A stretch of 63,729 nucleotides of DNA, counting the filler, from Octopus bimaculoides (taxonomy: Eukaryota), in the NCBI RefSeq assembly GCF_001194135.2. It is 9 parts of 9 records of this genome, joined end to end, with 100 filler letters (N's around TTAATTAATTAA, not from the genome) between each part and the next. Parts side by side here need not be neighbours in the genome. Positions count along the whole stretch, not along the records: positions 37,547 to 42,391 come from NC_068993.1; positions 42,492 to 55,070 come from NC_068984.1; 7 more parts are not named here. One strand, written 5' to 3'. A program made the position numbers and the translations under genes. Numbering within the stretch: the stretch's first letter is position 1; every line of letters begins with the position of its first letter. Positions 38,718-51,537 of this stretch are shown here, piece after piece. The notes beneath the pieces were generated by a model that saw nothing but the letters and a program-made list of their open reading frames with translations, was not told where the DNA came from and ran no database searches.

Positions 38718-39074
38718 TGGTCTTCCTTGGTTACGAGTGAATAGCCATCATGTATGTACATACATACGTATGTATGTATACATGTATGTATGTCATTATT
38801 CAGTTTAATTTCAAGATTTCTTGCCAATAGGGGAAGAGACTTGTTCAAGGCTCATTCAATGGAATTTCAACAACAGCAACAGGGTATTTTTGTTTGTCTG
38901 TTTGTTTGTTTGTATGTATGTATGTATGTATGTATGTATGTATATGTGCAGATTTGTATGTTTTATGTATTCTCATGCATATAGTTGCATGTCTAGATAC
39001 GCTCATATATATTTAAATGATACACTTCTGTAAAGTTTTACTGATTTTTACAGTTCTAGTGACAGCTGTAGTCT

Positions 39075-39358
39075 TCGAATCTGTAGTCTTCGAATCGTCT
39101 TTCTCCTTTCTGGTTTTCAGAAGCCTGTTTTCTCAAGATTGATATTTAGGTGTGTTACATATCCCAGTGCCCCAATAATTACAGGTATAAACCTGAACTT
39201 GTAACTTGGATTGTGTCGCTGTAGATTCTACAATTGTTCAAAATAGGGATGTTCTTTCTCGCTGGTCTTTAGCATTATGTTAACATCCACTGGGCAGCTG
39301 ATTTCCGCAATTGTAAACAGTTTCTCTTCCTTATCTCAAATCACTATGTCAGGTCCAT
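39075..39358 (-). mobile_element. RLE LINE endonuclease-domain fragment (CRE/NeSL/R4-like)
   Basis: PDIVI.DKEEKLFTIAEISCPVDVNI...FRFIPVIIGALGYV; overlaps 53830-54190 in domain content. Confidence 0.7.
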
Positions 39359-39639
39359 GTATGTATATGTATGCATGAATATATGCACGAACGCATGTAT
39401 TTATATATGCATATACATATATATGTATGCGTGTATGTATTCATGTGTGTTTGTATGTATGTATCTCAAGGCATTAGTAGATACGTGGCTATAGCTCGCC
39501 CGAGACACTACGCAATGAGGTTGGTCTAGCAACCACGTCGAAGTAGCGATTCGTGTTTATTATTCCTGTTAATTAAACTGAGATCTCAGAACATTGCAAG
39601 ACTTCGAGTTGTAAACTGAATATGTGATATTCAGTTATT

Positions 39640-39855
39640 AATGGTTTCAAATGTTGGCAGAAGGCCAGCAATTTCGAAAGTGGTGGCAAGGGCCATTACA
39701 CCGAACCTAGTGCTCAACTTGTACTCATTTTACAAACACCGAAAGGGTGAAAGGCAAAGCCGGCCTCGGCGGAATTTGAACTCAGAAATTGAAGGAAGCT
39801 GAAATGCCGCCAAGCATTTTGCCGGGCGTACTTGTGATTCTGTTAGCTCTCCGCT
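39640..39855 (-). mobile_element. SINE family B
   Basis: gaaaggcaaagccggcctcggcggaatttgaactcagaa...gccaagcattttgccgggcg. Confidence 0.7.
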
Positions 39856-39955
39856 CTCGTATGTAGTTATTAATAAACATGAAAGTGTATTGAACTCTGG
39901 AATTAACGCATTGCGTCAACCATTAATTCGTATTTGCTTCAAATTCGCATATGCA

Positions 39956-39989
<34 letters not shown>

Positions 39990-40234
39990 CACACATACAT
40001 ATATACACACACACATACATACATATACACATACATATATACACATATATAATATATATGTGCATATATGTACACGTACATACACTCACACACATGCATA
40101 TGTATATATGTACACAAGCATGTATATATGTTTATATGCACATACATACACACATATTTCCGTGTGTATATATATATAAATATATATATATATACGACGT
40201 ATATATGTATGTATTTATGTATAAGCGTGTGTAC

Positions 40235-40298
<64 letters not shown>

Positions 40299-41238
40299 AT
40301 GTATATACAAGGGTGTATATATGTATACGTGTTACGTACGTTGTTATACATGTGTATATATTTACACATACATGTACATAGATATGTGTGTGTGTGTGTG
40401 CATAATTAACAGAATTATTACAGGTCCTAATTAGAACCTAATTAGAAGGTATTTCATCGTTATTAGGATGAAATGGTAAAGGTTTTGAAAGAAAAAATAT
40501 TTATCTTTTATCCATCTTTTTTTTCATGTTATTAATATATTTTTCTTTTCCTCGTTTCTTGGTGCACCATTTTGAAAGGTTTCAATTTTGTACACGGAAA
40601 ATAAACGTTGCAGGATGCATGAACGAAGGCGGGATTATGATAGGGTTGCTGTTTTTTTTCGTTTTTGCTATTGCTGTTGTTGAAAAATATGTTTGTTGTT
40701 GTTGTTGTTGTTGTTGCTTAATCGTCCCCTCTGTTTCGGAAGAGCTATGAATAAGACCGTTCTTTATTTTATCACGTGAAGTCTTCCATTTTTAAGAAGC
40801 GACGGTATGATCTGATGGATATTTCGTTAATATTCCTATAAAAACTGAATAATGCTGAGTATATCTTTATTAAACCAGTTTGTGTGCGTGTGTGTGTGTG
40901 TGTCTGTGTGTGTGTGTGTGTATGTGTGTGAGTCTGTGTGTGTGTGTGTGTGTGTATGTGTGTTTGTGTGTGTGTGCATAATTGCTATTGACGAAGCCTA
41001 AGGAGGTAGAAATGCATATTTAGCAATGCCTCCACTGCAGCTGAATGATTTTCATCTGCTACTGATATATTTCTGTGTATTTTTAACACTGTACGTCTAT
41101 ACGCCTATACAAAATATCATCTCAAGACAAATACCCCAGTAAATCAGGTTTACATTGATACATATGCTTTATGTATGTTATACAGGCTGCTCTCCCTCTC
41201 TGTTTCTCTATCTCTCTGTCTCTCTCTCTCTTTCTCTC

Positions 41239-41278
<40 letters not shown>

Positions 41279-41344
41279 ATATCTATCTATATATATATAT
41301 GTATGTATGTATGTGTGCGGGGGTGTATTTATATACATATATAG

Positions 41345-41485
41345 GCGTGGTTGTATAGTAAGAAGCTTGCTTCCCAACTACATGGTTCCGGGTTCTGTAC
41401 CTCTGCGGGACATTTTGCACAAGGAGCCAGCCAAAGCCTTGTGAGCGGATTTGGTTGACGGAAACTGAAAGAATCCCGTCGTCTA
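41345..41485 (+). mobile_element. SINE family A head
   Basis: ttgtatagtaagaagcttgcttcccaactacatggttccgggttc...ggatttggttgacggaaactgaaagaatcccgtcg. Confidence 0.75.
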
Positions 41486-41557
41486 TATATAACCGCAGTG
41501 TAAAGGAATAAACGTGTAAAGGAATAAAAGTATAGAATATATAGATAGATAGATAGG

Positions 41558-41633
<76 letters not shown>

Positions 41634-42348
41634 GGTATACATATACATATACATATGCACATGACGTTGGACAAAATTCAGTCCATTGCTTATTTGCGGC
41701 TGTTGTTTTATCGTTGTTGATTTCCCAGTTATTCTGTGCTTCAGAAAATGATATCCATACCTGGTGGTCCTATGTTGCAGACATAGCGTACGATTTTAGT
41801 GGTTATTTTGTTCTCATTTCTAGCATTTCAAGTGACCGCTTGATATTCCCTCCTTGACGCCCGACGTTAGCTGTGTTCGTAACGGATGGTGGTATCTGAG
41901 TTGATGGCTGTATTTATACGACATCGGGTTAACCAGTTCAGATTAATCATAACGAATAACATAACACCAGATGTATAAAACACGATAAGGAAAGCCATAA
42001 GCGGAAGACCTGACTTTGCTAAATGAGTTTCTGCAAAAGAAACAGATTCTCACGGAACATTAAGTAGGGTTGAAGTTATTAGGGTATTTAAAACAAATGG
42101 CAGATTATATTTTTTATAATTGCGCAACAGATATATACACACAGGCGCACATGTCGATATTTCTGTGTGTATCTGTGTATATGTGCGTGTGTGTGTGTGC
42201 GTGTGTGTGTGTGTATGTGTGTATGTGTGTGTGCGTAAGTATCTGTACATGTGATCGTGAGTGTATAAATTCCTTTACGTCGGGATAGAGATGTATGTAT
42301 ATGCAAGGAAATGCGTGCACGCTTATACTCACACACACGTACATACGT

Positions 42349-42391
<43 letters not shown>

Positions 42392-42520
42392 NNNNNNNNN
42401 NNNNNNNNNNNNNNNNNNNNNNNNNNNNNNNNNNNTTAATTAATTAANNNNNNNNNNNNNNNNNNNNNNNNNNNNNNNNNNNNNNNNNNNNATATATATA
42501 AACATATCTATGTATGTATA

Positions 42521-42730
42521 CAGGGGTTGGACAAAATAATGGAAACACCTAGCATCATAATTTTGAAATATTTATAAAACCGTCAAAAGCTTTTTTATCT
42601 TTAGTTTTTTTTTTATTTGTTATTAGTGTTACTTAATATGTTTTGTTAAAATTTCTGTTTCTTTTCAGATATCATCAGAAAAAGGTAATTTAAATTCATT
42701 AAAATGACAGATCAATCGGAAGATTTCTGG
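42521..42730 (+). mobile_element. Tc1-like transposon left end
   Basis: TA|CAGGGGTTGGACAAAATAATGGAAACACC terminal repeat; no right TIR found. Confidence 0.6.
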
Positions 42731-43199
42731 AAGATAGACTTTTCTTCTTAAAGTATTTAAGAATTTATATGACTGTTTTAGAGTTTGAACAGCAAATAAT
42801 GCTAGTAGCAACATTATTCAGTATCTTCGTGATTCAAAAATATAGACCTAAATATTATATACCTATATCACAATTTTGCATTATGCTACCAAAGGGCTTG
42901 CATCCTAATTTACAAATTGCAAATATTTTTAGCGTTAGCTCTCTTCGATAAGATAATTACAAAACCGATTTTTCACCAATGAATGATGGAAATACATGCT
43001 GATAAAAGTTTGTCAGCTAATCCAAACTCATTGCTTGGTGAGAGTAAAATATATATAGATAATCCTGCAGCATTGGGAAGATCTCAAAGCAAAGTACATG
43101 GTTGTAAACTGCTTTAAATCGAATATTTCGAGAAGAAACATTCGAGAAGAAAACACTTAAATATACTGACCTAACATATCACAATGATAATTTTTACTA

Positions 43200-44110
43200 G
43201 GTTCAGTGTCATCAACCAGACCTGCGCGAAATGCGTGCAGAGTGACGAAATTGTTCTGCACGCACAAGTCCAGTGCCTGAGTATTGCCGACTAGTGGGAT
43301 TATGTCAAATACCTGTTCTCGTGTATAAGACGGATCAGACTACCAGCTGAATCTATTGTAAAGATCATCGCGCCGCCTTCCATTAACCGGGAAGGATACG
43401 CAATGATTTTCTGCCTGGTGGCTTTAACGAAAGGTGACTTAGTGGTACTGGACAAGAACGTCAGTGAAAGCCATACATTCAGACTAGAAGGTGCCTACAC
43501 TCCAACAGACGTGGGGCGGTTAGAGGATTTCTTAATAAACTGCTGTTCTTTAGTCCTAGAGAGGGATTGGTCGTTGTCTTCGATGCACGTTTGGATGCTG
43601 TGGAGTTAACTGATAGGAGGTGCGGACGCAAAAGCTCCGCAAACCTGGCCAGACGTTTCCAACTGTTTGACAGGTACCGGCGGTTTCATCATATTTCTAC
43701 TAAAAGTAGGATTATGTTGAAATGAAGATTTTGGTCAAGGTGTTTGCTAAGAAATTGATGCTTGATCTCAATAGTCTAGTCGGTGCTGGGTAGATATGTG
43801 TCTTCTTGACAGTCTCCACCTCATGTAAAATATTATAGACAGTGTAGGTAAGGAGCTTGGCATGGGTGGGGACATTATTTATCGAAAACTTTCGATAGAG
43901 TCGGCCATAAATTCTTGTCGACTGTCCTAACAGCAACTGGTTTTGTTCCCGTTTTCAGGGATTGGATCACCGCTGTGTACAAAGACATCATCTCGGTCTG
44001 GAAACTAAATGGCTACCTACTAGAACTATTCAGTATCATGGGCTCGGTCCGTCAATGTTGTTCCTTGTCGTCCTTTTTGTATGTACTGACTCTAGATCCA
44101 CCACTGCTGG
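43200..44110 (+). mobile_element. Tx1/L1-type LINE fragments (zinc knuckle, APE endonuclease, RT)
   Basis: CAKCVQSDEIVLHAQVQC; HTFRLEGAYTP...RFQLFDRYR; GFVPVFRDWI...SVRQCCSLSSFLYVLTLDP (SVRQGCPLSP motif). Confidence 0.65.
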
Positions 44111-44164
44111 AAATATAGAGTTTCATGAGAATCTTGCACGAACTAAGGTATATTGGCACATGCA

Positions 44165-44935
44165 AACGACGTCTGCATGTGCCAATATATCTGCCTGGAT
44201 TCTTCTTTTCCACCGTGGATCTTTTTTTTTGTCACTCCCATTATGTTTCTTTTTCTTAACATCAACACCCACATTTTCTGCTACAGCAATACTTGCTGCC
44301 TTGATCAAATTATTTGTTTCTGTGATGTTGTTTGTTCTGATGTATTTCAGAATTTCATTGAAAGTTTTCGTTTCTTGGTTCAATTTCCATCGATCAACCT
44401 TTTTATGGTTGCAAATAATGTCGCTATCGTTCTCCTGTAGTTCTACCTTTATCCTGTCGTAGATTGCCTTTTGTTCATCTTTTTTTCATTTATCGTCTTC
44501 TTTTAGATCTTTTATATGTCTCTCATCAAGTAAACTACCACTGCTCCTTTCCTGTGCTATGAGATTACCCTTGTATTTTCCTTCTTTATCTATGCTGCTA
44601 TTGTCCATGGCCCGTCTTTTGATAGCTTCGAGCTCTGCTTCTGTGAACCAACAATTTTTTCTTATTGCTCTAGCTTGATCACATATTCTCTGTTCCGTGA
44701 GTTGAAACAATTCCTTTTCTCTCCAATGATCATACATACGTTGTCGGTAACGCCTAATTTGAGCACCATTTTCATCTACCGGGCTGCTCAGGTAGTAACA
44801 CTCCGTGACCACAGCATTAATTTGCTTGCGCCATCTACACCGTATGTGGTCGTCCCTTTTTGGATATCGACAGGTTGGACCCGGACCAGAATCTCTGAGC
44901 CTACCGGGTGTAACACTCCCCCGTTTCCTTTCCTT
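44165..44935 (-). mobile_element. R4/Dong-type LINE 5' portion, 3'-truncated
   Basis: VTECYYLSSP...RRYRQRMYDHWRE...TEQRICDQARAIRKN.WFTEAELEAIKRR; 44170-44420 is ~95% identical to 51000-51245. Confidence 0.8.
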
Positions 44936-45688
44936 ATTATTATTATTATCATCACTGATATCACTGGTATTATTGTTTTAATGTGTAGTAGTAGCAGTGG
45001 TTGCAGCAACAGTAGCAGGGGTGGGGGTAGTGGCAAGGGTGACAGTTGGGCCTCAGATTCCTGTGCTATCATAATAGTAGTAGTTGTAGTATTATTATAG
45101 TATTAGCAGTATTTAGTATCAGCAACTGTAGCATATTATTATTATTTTTATGTTTTTCATTATCACCATCACCACCACTAGTTGGGCAGCAGATTGGTGA
45201 ATAGATCATATTCTACAGGTCTATAAATAGATTCAGCAGATGGTGGAGAGGTCAGCCATAGAGGGAAACGGATCTTCGCACCCCTTTGGTTTAACAGAGG
45301 CTAAATGTGTTTAATACTACCAGTGACCGTTGACAGCGCTGCCATGAAAAGAAGCAATTCAACCTGTTCTAGTCCATCGTTCTTTGGATGGTTGTGTTAT
45401 GGTTTCGTTTTTATAGTATTTACTTTTTGACATAACAACGCTCATTGACATGTATTGATGTTTTTTTCGTATCCATAATTATTATTGATGAGTAAGCGAG
45501 AGACCGAGAAGAGACAGCAATGTGCACATGCACACACACACACACACACATATATATATTAGAAGGTTTGGAGGTGATGCACAGGTATTATATATTAGAA
45601 AAACAAGGTACTCAGAGATCTGGATGGTTGTACATTTACAGATTTTTATTAATATTTCACATGTTTTTATAAATCATATATTAGCGCT

Positions 45689-47110
45689 AAGCTTTCCCTC
45701 CCTTATTCCCAATTCCTCCGTCTATGCAGGCTCTGTAGTGACAACCATGACTTTGAGACTCAGTCTCAACTCATGGCTTGCCACTTCATCCTACGTGGAT
45801 ATCCCCTCACCACTATCCACACCGCCCTTGCCAGAGCACGTTCCGTGGACCGTGCATCTGNNNNNNNNNNNNNNNNNNNNNNNNNNNNNNNNNNNNNNNN
45901 NNNNNNNNNNNNNNNNNNNNNNNNNNNNNNNNNNNNNNNNNNNNNNNNNNNNNNNNNNNNNNNNNNNNNNNNNNNNNNNNNNNNNNNNNNNNNNNNNNNN
46001 NNNNNNNNNNNNNNNNNNNNNNNNNNNNNNNNNNNNNNNNNNNNNNNNNNNNNNNNNNNNNNNNNNNNNNNNNNNNNNNNNNNNNNNNNNNNNNNNNNNN
46101 NNNNNNNNNNNNNNNNNNNNNNNNNNNNNNNNNNNNNNNNNNNNNNNNNNNNNNNNNNNNNNNNNNNNNNNNNNNNNNNNNNNNNNNNNNNNNNNNNNNN
46201 NNNNNNNNNNNNNNNNNNNNNNNNNNNNNNNNNNNNNNNNNNNNNNNNNNNNNNNNNNNNNNNNNNNNNNNNNNNNNNNNNNNNNNNNNNNNNNNNNNNN
46301 NNNNNNNNNNNNNNNNNNNNNNNNNNNNNNNNNNNNNNNNNNNNNNNNNNNNNNNNNNNNNNNNNNNNNNNNNNNNNNNNNNNNNNNNNNNNNNNNNNNN
46401 NNNNNNNNNNNNNNNNNNNNNNNNNNNNNNNNNNNNNNNNNNNNNNNNNNNNNNNNNNNNNNNNNNNNNNNNNNNNNNNNNNNNNNNNNNNNNNNNNNNN
46501 NNNNNNNNNNNNNNNNNNNNNNNNNNNNNNNNNNNNNNNNNNNNNNNNNNNNNNNNNNNNNNNNNNNNNNNNNNNNNNNNNNNNNNNNNNNNNNNNNNNN
46601 NNNNNNNNNNNNNNNNNNNNNNNNNNNNNNNNNNNNNNNNNNNNNNNNNNNNNNNNNNNNNNNNNNNNNNNNNNNNCTCTACCCCCACCCCACCCTATCC
46701 GTGCTTTCCCCACCACCCAACACCATCACACCACACCACACATACCACGCACACACCAGCACTGACCAATTCCCATCCCCACATTTTCACACCTACACAT
46801 ACACACATGCACACGTCAAGATCACCAACATTCTCTTACACACGCGCACCTTCGTTTTGGGATCACTACTTTGTTATCTCCCCTTCTTCTTAACTCTCCT
46901 GTGTGACCCTTCTGTCCAGCATTCGCCATGATAGATCGCTAACCACTACACACATTTTTCTCTCTCCTTGTTTCTTTCTGTATTCCTTTCTGTGGAAGAG
47001 CGTAGGCTCGAAACGTTAAAGACTTTTTCAATTCCCGAGCGTTATACTAATACATTTATTTGTTTTCTACACCACCTGTCTTCGTCTGTTGTTTTTTGTG
47101 AATTCTCCCT
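45689..47110 (+). mobile_element. Penelope-like retroelement (RT C-terminal region, gap, pLTR with hammerhead motif)
   Basis: KLSLPYSQFLRLCRLCSDNHDF...FILRGYP, the Penelope PYSQ.LR..RICS...RGYP signature; P1 end at 46920-47110 followed by (TA)n. Confidence 0.8.
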
Positions 47111-47369
47111 ATATATATATATATGCCCTAACTCTCCGAAACTCTTAGATTTAGAATGGTGGCAGCTGATGAAGGAAATGTTCTCTATGTGACCTGTGTT
47201 TTCTGTGCTCTGTTTATGTTCTGATTCTCATTTTGTCCACGTTTTTTTGTGACGTCCTGTACCCAGATATGCACCTATATATACATGTAGATGTAGGTAT
47301 GTACATATATGTACGTATATATGCATATACCCACATATTATTTGTATTATATATATATAAACTAATAAA

Positions 47370-48290
47370 TTTCTGTAGCCAGTACCATTGAAATAAATCT
47401 GGTCCTGGGCCCTTCCAATTCAGCATTTTCTTGAACACTTTACTCATTAATGCACTAGTTAGTCTAAGATATGGCTGCTTCTCACTCACTATTTTTTCCT
47501 TCACTTTCTTTACCCATACTATATTACTCCAGAACGTTCTAGCTTCTTCTGCATTAGGTTTGTCATCTTCAGTACTTCGTTCTCCTCTACTTATTTGGTT
47601 ATAAAATCTCCTCTGGTCTGTCTCAAATTATCTATTCTGTTGATACTGGTCTATTCTTTTCTGATATCTGGAGAGCTTGCCCGCTACTGCTATGATACGC
47701 TGTTTCAATTCTCCTATTACTTCCCAAATCTTTTCTCTTTGACTAAGCATGTTTTCTGAAGGGAAGATTTGCAGCCTGTGTTTCCTAACTTGTTCAGTTT
47801 CCAGGTTTCTATTCTACTCAGACCTTGTCTTAAAGTCTTCACTTTATCTTGTAGCTTCCCTTTCCACATTTGCTCCTTTTTAATCTTTTTTTGTGTGATA
47901 TATATAATCATGTAGCGACTTCTACCCCTCCTGCATAGATCAATAGGTTAGTGTCTCCTATATTTTTAGTATCTATCCTACTGATAACAAAATCTGCTTT
48001 CCTAATCATTTCTAATAGCTTCCTTCTGTTGGTGCCTTTTAACGCTTACAATCTGTTTCTTTCTTCTTTACTCATTACTTCGTGCAACTTATCGAAAATC
48101 TGATCTTCCTCACTAAAATTACTTAAGTCGCTGGTGCCAGGTGTCTCTTCCTTATTGGTAGCGCTACTATTATTTTTTTCCCTTTAGGTTCTTCTTTGGT
48201 TTGAACTGTATCTCTGTTGTTTGTCTTTCCTACTGCCTGCTCTTTCTTTTCCAGCTCTCTTGTGATCTTTTCTACCACCAATTCTCCCTG
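47370..48290 (-). mobile_element. R4/Dong-type LINE N-terminal fragment, same family as 1520-3040
   Basis: 47440-47810 closely matches 2590-3010 (gatatctggagagcttgc..ctactgctatgatacgct). Confidence 0.8.
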
Positions 48291-48391
48291 GANNNNNNNN
48301 NNNNNNNNNNNNNNNNNNNNNNNNNNNNNNNNNNNNNNNNNNNNNNNNNNNNNNNNNNNNNNNNNNNNNNNNNNNNNNNNNNNNNNNNNNN

Positions 48392-51245
48392 NTCAGCTGT
48401 TGACTACCAGTGAACTAAGGTAACACCTCTTATTTTTCGAGCGTCTTCCGGAGTATTCGAGCGGTTCTAAGCAGTGCTGTTTTCTGCAAGCGCTCAACCC
48501 TTTATGCAGCCCCTATTTGTTCCACGTACTTCTCGAGATTTTTACTCACTGTTCCAAGGGCTCCAACAACTATTGGTACTAATGCTGCCTTTTTCATCGA
48601 CAACTGCTTAACTTCCCAAGCTAACCTGTCATATCTCTCGACTTTTCTTTCTTCCTTATCGCATACCTTGTTGTCAGCTGGGCATGCTATATCTATGATC
48701 CAGCATAATTTCAATCTCATGGTCACACTGGATCATAAAATCCCATTAGGATCTTCGCATTTCTATTTTCGACAATGTCTTCAGGTTTGTGGTCGTATCA
48801 ATTTTTTGCTCTGTCAAGTCCATACTTGTTGCAAAGTGTCCAATGGACAAGCCTGGCTATATTGTCGTGGCGTCTCCTATATTCCTTCTGGGTTAGTGGC
48901 GTACATTGGCTGGTAATATGCCATACGGTTTCACCGTTTTGTCCACAGATTCTGCACTTATCACTTTCTGCTGTGTTGTCTATTCTGTATTTTATGTAGT
49001 TTGTCCTTAGTGCTTGCTCTTGGGCAGCACAAATTAGAGCCTCTGTTTCTGCTTTTAAATCAATTTTAGTCATCCACAGCCATATTTATTCTCTGCCTGT
49101 CTTATATTCAACATCCCTATGAAATTGAACATGTATTCTTCTCTTTACCCACCTATTTTCAGTTTCTTTCGTTTTCAATTTCTTGTATAGTGCTTTATCT
49201 TTGCAACCTTTTATCCTACACAAGCCTGACCTTCCTACTTATAATATTAGCCGTTCTGTGGCATTTGTTACATACCATGCTATGTTGTTTTCCTCTGCTC
49301 TAATGCTGTGTTCGCATCCAATAAATCCTCTTACCCCTCTTTTTCTTGGTACATACAGTCTGTCTGTGTCACTTTTTGGGTGGAGTGACCCATATCTAGT
49401 TAGCAGCTTCCTTGTCTTTCAGACTAAGCTAAGCTGTTTAGTTCGTCTACTGTCCATGCTATTACCCCTGCTTCATATCTAAGGAGTGAAACCTCCCAGG
49501 TGTTGGTAGCTTCGATCTTATTCCGTCCGTTTAATTTTGACTTAAGGATCAGTCTTAGTCGGCGTAAGTACTCCACCTAAAATTTTTCTATCATTTCTTT
49601 CTCCATCAATTTATCCATTTCCAAAACCTCCAAGTACTTATAGCCAGTATCTTCTATCTGCTTCATAACCTCTCCCGACGGTATCGTTAACCCGTCCATA
49701 CATTTGATTTTGCCTCTCTTCAAGACACCACACTTTCTCAGTCCGAACTCCATTCTGATATCAGCACTAAAGGGATACACCGTATCAACGAGGGAACTGA
49801 CTTGGGCTTCATTTTTACCATAAAGTTTGAGGTCATGCATGAATAACAAATGGTTGACTTTTTGTTGGTGGCTTTTGAATACACACCCAGCTTTTGCTTT
49901 CCCCAGAATCAGTGTCAGTGGTATCAAGCACAGTACAAAGATCAGTGGGGATAGGCAGTCCCTTGGAAGATGCCCCTCCTAATTTCTACTATCCCTAAAC
50001 TTCTTCCGTATGCTGTCAGGTCCGTCCTCCAATTCGCCATACTTTTTCCAAGCAATCGCTCAACATTCGATGCAATCCCGGACAGGTTCATACACTCCAT
50101 AATCCAAGAATGTGAGAAAATATCGTACGCCTTACGATAGTCAATCCATGACATGGCTAAGTTACTTTTCCTCTTCTTGCAGTCTCTGAGTACAGTTTTA
50201 TCTATCAGGAGTTGATCCTTGGTACCTCTACACTTACGCTTTCATCCCTTCTGCTCATGTGGCATGACTTCATTTTTTTTCCAGATGTTCGTACATTGAC
50301 TCTGCGAGTATTCCAGTCAATAACTTCCACATAGGTGGCAAACAGGATATCGGTCTGTAATTGTCTACCGTATTGCGTTTTCCGATGTTTTTCAGGCACA
50401 GCACTGACCTACCCAATGTCAACCACTCTGATGTTGCTTGGTCGGCATTTAACAAGGTGTTGAGTTGCGCAGCTATTCGCGCATGACATTCACCAAATCT
50501 TTTGATCCGGTTGCCTTGAACTCCATTTGATCCCGTGGCGTTGCAGTTGCTCATTTTTTTGCTGATTTCCTTCACTTCCCTAACTGAAATGACTAGTTTT
50601 GCTTGTTTTGGACAGACTACTGTTTGTTTCTGTTCTTGCAACCATTCAAAATCCTTCTTGTGCTCCTTGTTTTTGCTCCAGATGTCACTCCCAAACCTTT
50701 GACTTTCAATGTTATCTGGTATCAATATTTCATCTGTACCTCCTCCATTTATTTCTTTTTAGAATCTCTTCTGATCTACTCTGAATAACCTATTCTGATG
50801 ATAACCCTCCCTTCTTTGGTCGTATCTTACCATCTTTGCTTTCTTTGCAACGAGGCGCTGTTTCAGTTCCTCCACCACTACTTTCAGGCCCTTTCTTTCA
50901 ATATTATACTTCTTATTCAGCGTCCTGTATTTTTGTTCGCTTTTAAGCTCCTCTTTCGCTTTTCGGTCTAAGACAGAAATTTCCTTCGAGAGCATGTCTA
51001 ACCCTGCCTGGATTCTTCTTTTCCACCGTGGATCTTTTTTTTTTGTCACTCCCATTATGTTTCTATTTCTTAACATCAACACCCACATTTTCTGCTACAA
51101 CAATACTTGTTGCCTTGATCAAATTATTTGTTTCTGTGATGTTGTTTGTTCTGATGTATTTCAGAATTTCATTGACATTTTTCGTTTCTTGGTTCAATTT
51201 CCACCGATCAACCCTTTTAAGGTTGCAAATAATGTCGTTATCGTG
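48392..51245 (-). mobile_element. R4/Dong-type LINE body (RT, CCHC, RLE), decayed
   Basis: NYRPISCLPPMWKLLTG; WIDYRKAYD; LLFMHDLKLY; CRICGQNGETVWHITSQC...RRRHDNIARLVHW; IIDIACPAD; VPIVVGALG. Confidence 0.92.
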
Positions 51246-51269
51246 AAGAGTTACGTCAAACCTTTTAAA

Positions 51270-51537
<268 letters not shown>

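Noticed and set aside
47160-47200. CTGATGA hammerhead-like core
   Set aside because: No GAAA or stem III follows.
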